Assembly (NCBI GenBank): GCA_046160725.1 | Contig: JBJXHB010000079.1 | Span: 1-11,061 of the forward strand | DNA: 11,061 bases | Origin: Aquabacterium sp. | GTDB taxonomy: Bacteria; Pseudomonadota; Gammaproteobacteria; Burkholderiales; Burkholderiaceae_C | Reading direction: 5' to 3' | Part shown: positions 6,387 to 11,061 of the stretch, piece by piece | How positions within the stretch are numbered: the first letter of the stretch is position 1 | Layout of the letters: every line of letters begins with the position of its first letter | Notes under the pieces: generated by a model | What the model saw: only the letters and a program-made list of their open reading frames with translations | The model's database searches: none | Told to the model about the DNA's origin: nothing | Translations under genes and position numbers: made by a program

Positions 6387-7223
6387 GTGCAGATCTCGAT
6401 CGAGGCGCTGGACGCCCGGCACCCGGCCGCGCGCGCTGGCGCGGCGCCGGCGCTGCGCGGCCTGGCCCTGACGGTGGCCAGTGCCGAGGCGCTGGCGGTG
6501 ATCGGGCCCTCCGGGGCCGGCAAGACCACCCTGCTGCAGGTCCTGGCCTGCGCGCTGAAGCCCGATGCCGGCCGGGTGGTGGTCGATGGCATCGACCCCT
6601 GGTCGCTGCCGCGGCGCCAGCTGCAGGCGTTGCGCGGGCAGCTGCTGCTGGCGCCGCAGGTGCCGCCGTTGCCGCCCCGGCAGCGCGTGGTGACCTCGGT
6701 GCTGGCCGGCCGGCTGCCGGCCTGGTCGCTGTGGACCAGCCTGCGCTCGCTGCTGTATCCCGTCGACATACCAGCCGCCCATGACGCCCTGGCCCGCTTC
6801 GACCTGGCCGAGAAGCTGTTCGAGCGGGTCGACCGGCTGTCCGGCGGCGAGCGACAACGCGTCGGCCTGGCCCGCACGCTGCTGGCGCCGGCCCGCCTGT
6901 GGCTGATCGACGAGCCGCTGTCGGCGCTGGACCCGACGCGCGCCGCGCTGGCGCTGCGCACGCTGGTGGACGAGGCCCGCGCGCGGCGCGTCACGCTGGT
7001 GGCCACCCTGCACGACGTGCCGATGGCACTGTCGCACTTCCCGCGCATCGTCGGCCTGCGCGACGGCCGCGTGCAGTTCGACCTGCAGGCCGCGGCGGTG
7101 ACGCCCGAGCGCCTGCAGGCCCTGTATGCCCAGCACGAGCACGAGCTGCTGGGTGGGGCGGCGACGGCCTCCGACACCGCCGCCGCGCCGCCGCCGGCAC
7201 CGGTGGTCATGCACTGCCGCTGA
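6387..7223 (+). CDS. phnC: ABC transporter ATP-binding protein (PhnC-like), 278 aa, GTG start.
   Basis: Walker A GPSGAGKTT, ABC signature LSGGERQRVGLAR, Walker B LWLIDEPLSALD, H-loop TLHDV. Starts 13 nt after the phnD stop. Confidence 0.9.
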   Translation: MQISIEALDARHPAARAGAAPALRGLALTVASAEALAVIGPSGAGKTTLLQVLACALKPDAGRVVVDGIDPWSLPRRQLQALRGQLLLAPQVPPLPPRQRVVTSVLAGRLPAWSLWTSLRSLLYPVDIPAAHDALARFDLAEKLFERVDRLSGGERQRVGLARTLLAPARLWLIDEPLSALDPTRAALALRTLVDEARARRVTLVATLHDVPMALSHFPRIVGLRDGRVQFDLQAAAVTPERLQALYAQHEHELLGGAATASDTAAAPPPAPVVMHCR

Positions 7224-7247
7224 GCCGCTGCGCCGCCACCCAGCCGC

Positions 7248-8084
7248 ATGACCGCACCGACGCTGCCCGCCCCGCCCAGCCGCGACCCGGCCTGGGTGTC
7301 GCGCGTCGCCCTGCTCAGCGTGGCGGCGGTGCTGCTGTGGCCGCTGATGGTGGCCACGGAGTTCAAGCCCTGGATCTTCCTGGAGCGGGACAACCTCAAG
7401 GTCACCGGGCAGTTCCTGGCCAGCTTCCTGCCGCCGGCCCACTCGGCCGAGTTCATGGCCATGGTGGCGCGCGAGAGCTGGCGCACGGTGGCCATCGCCA
7501 CCGCCGGCATGACCCTGGCGCTGGTAATCGCCATCCCGCTGGCGGTGCTGTCCGCCCGGGTGCTGTCGGTGTCGGCGCTGTCGGGCCGAATGGCGCGCGG
7601 GCCGACGCTGCTGCGCCAGGCCGTGCGCTGGCTGCTGATCGTGCTGCGCAGCGTGCCCGAGCTGGTGTGGGCGCTGGTGTTCGTCCGCGTGGTCGGCCTG
7701 GGCCCCACGGCCGGCGTGCTGGCCATCGCCCTGACGTATGGCGGCATGCTGGGCAAGGTCTACGGCGAGATCCTGGAAAGCGGCGAGCCCCATGCCACCC
7801 AGACGCTGCTGCGCAACGGCGGCTCGCGCCTGCAGGCCTTCGCCTACGGCCTGCTGCCGCAGAACGCCGCCGAGCTGACCAGCTACACCGTCTACCGCTG
7901 GGAGTGCGCCATCCGCAGCTCGGTGGTGCTGGGCTTCGTCGGTGCCGGCGGGCTGGGCCAGCAGCTGGACAACTCGATGAAGATGTTCAATGGCGGCGAG
8001 GTGCTGACCATGCTGGCCGTCTTCGTCGGCCTGGTGGCGCTGGCCGACCGCGTCAGCGCGGGCCTGCGGCGGGCCCTGGGGTGA
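7248..8084 (+). CDS. phnE: Phosphonate-type ABC transporter permease PhnE (copy 1), 278 aa.
   Basis: Multi-TM hydrophobic protein with the PhnE/PtxC-type EAA-like loop region. Starts 24 nt after the phnC stop. Confidence 0.85.
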   Translation: MTAPTLPAPPSRDPAWVSRVALLSVAAVLLWPLMVATEFKPWIFLERDNLKVTGQFLASFLPPAHSAEFMAMVARESWRTVAIATAGMTLALVIAIPLAVLSARVLSVSALSGRMARGPTLLRQAVRWLLIVLRSVPELVWALVFVRVVGLGPTAGVLAIALTYGGMLGKVYGEILESGEPHATQTLLRNGGSRLQAFAYGLLPQNAAELTSYTVYRWECAIRSSVVLGFVGAGGLGQQLDNSMKMFNGGEVLTMLAVFVGLVALADRVSAGLRRALG

Positions 8085-8088
8085 GCGC

Positions 8089-8925
8089 ATGACGTCGCCC
8101 GCCTCCCCAGCCGGCGCGACGGCGCCGCAGCGCTTGCCGCCACCGCTGTTCAGCGCGCGCTGCCGCGGCTGCTGGTTCACCGCCGCGCTGCTGGTGCTGG
8201 TGGTGGCCAGCTTCTGGACCCTGGACCTGCAGTGGGCGCAGTTCCTGTCCCTGGACGCGGCGCGCAGCATGGGCCGCTTCATCGGCGAGTTCTTCCCGCC
8301 GGACACCAGCCCGGCCTTCCTGCGCCGCGTGGCCATCGGCGCCTGGGAGACGCTGGCCATGTCCGCCTTCGGCACGCTGCTGGCCGCCCTGGGCGGGCTG
8401 GCGCTGGCCCTGCCGGCCAGCCGCCTGTACGACGGCGACGCGGCGCGCGCCCGCGGCGCCACCCGGCTGCTGCTGAACGCGCTGCGCTCGATACCGGAGC
8501 TGGTGTGGGCCGGCCTGCTGCTGATCGCCGCGGGCCTCGGGCCCTTCGCCGGCACGCTCGCCCTGGCCATGCACACCACCGGCGTGCTGGGCCGGCTGTT
8601 CGCCGAGGCCATCGAGAACGCCCCCAGCGGCCCCGGCACCGCGCTGCGCACCCATGGCGTGGGCAACCTGCGGGTGTTCGTCTATGCCACGCTGCCGCAG
8701 GTGTTGCCGCAGCTGATGAGCTACACCTTGTACCGCTGGGAGAACAACATCCGCGCGGCCGCGGTTCTGGGCGTGGTCGGTGCCGGCGGGCTGGGCCAGC
8801 TGCTGGCCTTCCACATGGGCCTGTTCCACATGGGCAAGACCTGCACCATCCTCGGCGCGATGCTGCTGATGGTGGCCCTGGTGGACGCCGCCAGCGACGT
8901 CATGCGGCGCTGGATGGCCCGCTGA
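8089..8925 (+). CDS. phnE: Phosphonate-type ABC transporter permease PhnE (copy 2), 278 aa. A paralogue of the preceding gene, suggesting a heterodimeric permease.
   Basis: Paralogous to 7248-8084 (shared ...SIPELVWAGLL..., ...SYTLYRWENNIRAAAVLGVVGAGGLGQ...). Starts 4 nt after the upstream stop. Confidence 0.85.
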   Translation: MTSPASPAGATAPQRLPPPLFSARCRGCWFTAALLVLVVASFWTLDLQWAQFLSLDAARSMGRFIGEFFPPDTSPAFLRRVAIGAWETLAMSAFGTLLAALGGLALALPASRLYDGDAARARGATRLLLNALRSIPELVWAGLLLIAAGLGPFAGTLALAMHTTGVLGRLFAEAIENAPSGPGTALRTHGVGNLRVFVYATLPQVLPQLMSYTLYRWENNIRAAAVLGVVGAGGLGQLLAFHMGLFHMGKTCTILGAMLLMVALVDAASDVMRRWMAR

Positions 8926-9100
8926 TGCCGACGGCCACGGCGCCGCGCAAGGGCTGCCCCCGATCACCAGGGCCGGCCCGCTGCCGTAACCTCCGGGCCG
9001 CCCCCAGCGACTGCCTGACCATGCCCGACATCTGCATCGGCCCGCCGCCCACCCGCCCGCGAGTCCGCGCTTGAGCGTGCTGGGCCTTCCGCCGCTGAGC

Positions 9101-9439
9101 GTGCCCCAGGCCTGGGCCGTGCTGTCGGTCGCCATCCTGTTCGAGGTCGCCGGCACGACCTGCATGCGGCTGTGCGAGGGCTTCACGCGGCTGACGCCTT
9201 CGGTGCTGATCTTCGTTTTCTACGCCATCTCGTTCGCGCTCAACGTCAGCGTCATCCGGGTCCTGGGCATGAGCGTCACCTATGCCGTCTGGTCGGGCGT
9301 GGGCACGCTGCTGACGGCCTTGATCGGCTACCTGTACTTCAAGGAGCCGGCCACGGCGCTGAAGATGATGTCGGCGGGGCTGATCGTGATCGGCGTGTTC
9401 GGGCTGCATGCGTCGTCGCGCGCGGCGGCGGCTTCCTGA
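9101..9439 (+). CDS. Small multidrug resistance (SMR) family transporter, EmrE/Qac-like, ~112 aa. GTG start chosen; the track start TTG 9071 would add a 10-aa extension.
   Basis: ...AILFEVAGTTCMRLCEGFTRLTPSVLIFVFYAISFALNVSVIRVLGMSVTYAVWSGVGTLLTALIGYLY... is colinear with E. coli EmrE (AILAEVIGTTLMKFSEGFTRLWPSV...AYAIWSGVGIVLISLLSW). With the 9101 start the conserved membrane Glu falls at position 15, against Glu14 in EmrE. Confidence 0.8.
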   Translation: MPQAWAVLSVAILFEVAGTTCMRLCEGFTRLTPSVLIFVFYAISFALNVSVIRVLGMSVTYAVWSGVGTLLTALIGYLYFKEPATALKMMSAGLIVIGVFGLHASSRAAAAS

Positions 9440-9456
9440 GGTCGGGGCCAGAGATC

Positions 9457-10089
9457 ATGGGCGCGATGAGCGACAACGAGTTGTCGATCCAGCGCTACCG
9501 GCACCGCGCCGCGGGCTATGACGCCTCGGCCCGGCTGACCATGCCGTTGCGCGAGCGCGCCATCGCACTGCTGGCGCTGAAACCCGGCGACGTGGTGGTC
9601 GACGTCGGCGCCGGCACCGGCCTGAGCTATGGCCTGCTGCTGGAGGCTGTCGGCCCGGCCGGCCGCGTGCTGGCCTTCGAGCAGAGCCCGGAGATGTTCG
9701 CCCAGGCCCGGGCCCGCGTCGGCCGCGAGGGCTGGGGCGGCCGGGTGGTGCACCGGCTGGGCCGCGCCGAGGACGTGCGGTTCGAGCAGCCCGCCGATGC
9801 CATCCTCTTCAACTACGTGCACGACATCAGCCGCACGCCCGAGGCCGTGGCCAACCTGCTGTCGCAGGTGCGCCCGGGTGGCCGCGTGGCCATGGCGGGC
9901 ATGAAGTTCGTTCCCTGGTGGACCGGGCCACTCAATCTGCTGGCCTGGGCCAAGAATCGCCCCTACAACGCCAAGGCGGCCGACCTGTGGGCGCCCTGGG
10001 ACCATGTGCAGCGCCACTGCGCGCGCTTCGACCGCCAATCCACGCAGTGGGGCATGGGCTACATCGCCCACGGCCGGCTGCCGGGCTGA
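9457..10089 (+). CDS. Class I SAM-dependent methyltransferase, 210 aa. Substrate unknown.
   Basis: SAM motif I VVDVGAGTGLS, followed by the acidic motif II region (VLAFEQSP) and motif III (RPGGRVAM). The internal ATG 9457 of track ORF 9172..10089 is chosen because the preceding SMR gene ends at 9439. Lies 17 nt after the SMR stop and 21 nt before egtB. Confidence 0.8.
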   Translation: MGAMSDNELSIQRYRHRAAGYDASARLTMPLRERAIALLALKPGDVVVDVGAGTGLSYGLLLEAVGPAGRVLAFEQSPEMFAQARARVGREGWGGRVVHRLGRAEDVRFEQPADAILFNYVHDISRTPEAVANLLSQVRPGGRVAMAGMKFVPWWTGPLNLLAWAKNRPYNAKAADLWAPWDHVQRHCARFDRQSTQWGMGYIAHGRLPG

Positions 10090-10110
10090 CCCCTTCCCTG
10101 CGAGGTGAAC

Positions 10111-11061
10111 ATGTCCGCCATCCCCACGCCCGCATCGATGCCGGATGCCCGGTCCCTGCTGGCCGAGCGCTATGCCGCGGTGCGTGGGCAGACCCTGGCA
10201 CTGGCCGAGGGGCTGTCCGAGGCCGACTGCCAGGCGCAGTCGATGGCCGATGCCAGCCCGGTGAAATGGCACCTGGCCCATGTCACCTGGTTCTTCGAGA
10301 CCTTCGTGCTGGAGCGCCACGAGCCCGGCTTCGCGCCGCATCACCCGGCCTTCCGGGTGCTGTTCAACAGCTACTACAACGGCGTGGGCGACCAGCATCC
10401 GCGGCCGCAGCGGGGCCTGGTCACCCGGCCTGGGCTTGCGCAGGTGCTGGCCTATCGCCAGGCCGTGGATGCCCGCATGGCGCAGTGGCTGCGCCAGCCG
10501 GTGCCGGCCGAGGCCGCGGCCCTGGTCGAGCTGGGCCTGCAGCATGAGCAGCAGCACCAGGAGCTGATCCTCACCGACCTCAAGCACCTGCTGTCGTGCA
10601 ACCCGCTGCAGCCGGTGTACCGGCCGGGTTGGCCGCTGGCGCCGGTGGCGCCGGTGGCCATGCGCTTCCTGCCCTCCGCAGGCGGCCGGGTGGCCATCGG
10701 CCATTCCGGCGCGGGCTTCGCCTTCGACAACGAGACACCGCGGCATGACGTCTGGCTGCGGCCGTATGCGCTGGCCAACCGGCTGGTCACGCATGGTGAG
10801 TTCGCCGCCTTCATCGCCGACGGCGGCTACCGCGACCCGCGCTGGTGGTTGTCGGCCGGCTGGGACTGGGTGCGTAACCAGGCCGTGCAGGCGCCGCTGT
10901 ATTGGCGCCGCGAGGGCGACGGCCTGCTGGACTGGAGCGCCTTCACGCTGCACGGCCGGGTGGCCATCGACCCGCATACGCCGGCCACCCACATCAGCCT
11001 GTACGAGGCCGATGCCTACTGCCGCTGGTGGTCGGCGCAGCATCCCGGCACGCCGGCCGCG
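10111..11061 (+). CDS. egtB: Ergothioneine biosynthesis sulfoxide synthase EgtB (DinB_2 plus FGE-sulfatase-like domains), partial: N-terminal 317 aa, continues beyond the window.
   Basis: MSAIPTPASMPDARSLLAERY...SPVKWHLAHVTWFFETFVL...LGLQHEQQHQELILTDLKHLL (DinB metal-binding region), then ...RVAIGHSGAGFAFDNETPRHDVWLRPYALANRLVTHGEF...GGYRDPRWW (FGE-like domain). GAGGTG RBS at 10103-10108. The EgtB vs SenA (selenoneine) subtype is not decidable by eye. Confidence 0.88.
   Translation, partial: MSAIPTPASMPDARSLLAERYAAVRGQTLALAEGLSEADCQAQSMADASPVKWHLAHVTWFFETFVLERHEPGFAPHHPAFRVLFNSYYNGVGDQHPRPQRGLVTRPGLAQVLAYRQAVDARMAQWLRQPVPAEAAALVELGLQHEQQHQELILTDLKHLLSCNPLQPVYRPGWPLAPVAPVAMRFLPSAGGRVAIGHSGAGFAFDNETPRHDVWLRPYALANRLVTHGEFAAFIADGGYRDPRWWLSAGWDWVRNQAVQAPLYWRREGDGLLDWSAFTLHGRVAIDPHTPATHISLYEADAYCRWWSAQHPGTPAA

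Noticed and set aside
4751-7756. 1001-aa minus-strand ORF, together with the 836-aa (6156..8666), 377-aa (8053..9186), 571-aa (9328..11043) and 465-aa (754..2151) minus-strand ORFs
   Set aside because: All are antisense to well-supported plus-strand genes (phnDCEE, SMR, MTase, egtB) or out of frame with the SPFH gene. Their translations are R/G/A/P-rich low-complexity strings, as expected for stop-poor antisense frames in 70% GC DNA.
8926-9100. Guanidine riboswitch (ykkC, mini-ykkC, ykkC-III) upstream of the SMR gene
   Set aside because: No ACGR-tetraloop hairpin pair, CCGGACGAGG box or ykkC-like conserved segments are visible. The pump is also EmrE/Qac-like rather than Gdx-like.

Overview
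High-GC (~70%) proteobacterial chromosomal window with three blocks. (1) Minus strand, 1-1934: an SPFH/band-7 (stomatin-like) protein followed 28 nt later by an E. coli-like RtcB RNA ligase that runs off the left edge; the pair looks operonic. (2) 1935-4386: a low-coding, lower-GC islet. It holds about 1 kb with no ORF, dense in hairpins and carrying a repeated 'GATCCTTTCGGC' motif, including a strong minus-strand intrinsic terminator with no gene to terminate. It also holds a Cro/CI-type HTH regulator preceded by an AT-rich palindrome, a 9-nt tandem repeat, and a HigB/HigA-like toxin-antitoxin pair whose toxin has an in-frame internal deletion. The pair is driven by a near-consensus sigma70 promoter with an embedded perfect palindrome and is apparently leaderless. 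(3) 4387-11061: a split ergothioneine locus. egtD (minus) is divergent from a tightly spaced plus-strand string: a PhnD-type substrate-binding protein, a PhnC ATPase, two PhnE permeases, an EmrE-like SMR exporter, a small class I SAM methyltransferase, and egtB (runs off the right edge). Transport and an extra methyltransferase embedded between egtD and egtB is the most interesting candidate system here. It may be a variant thio/seleno-histidine pathway with dedicated import and export, or an added methylation step. All large GC-rich antisense ORFs in the track are rejected as artifacts.
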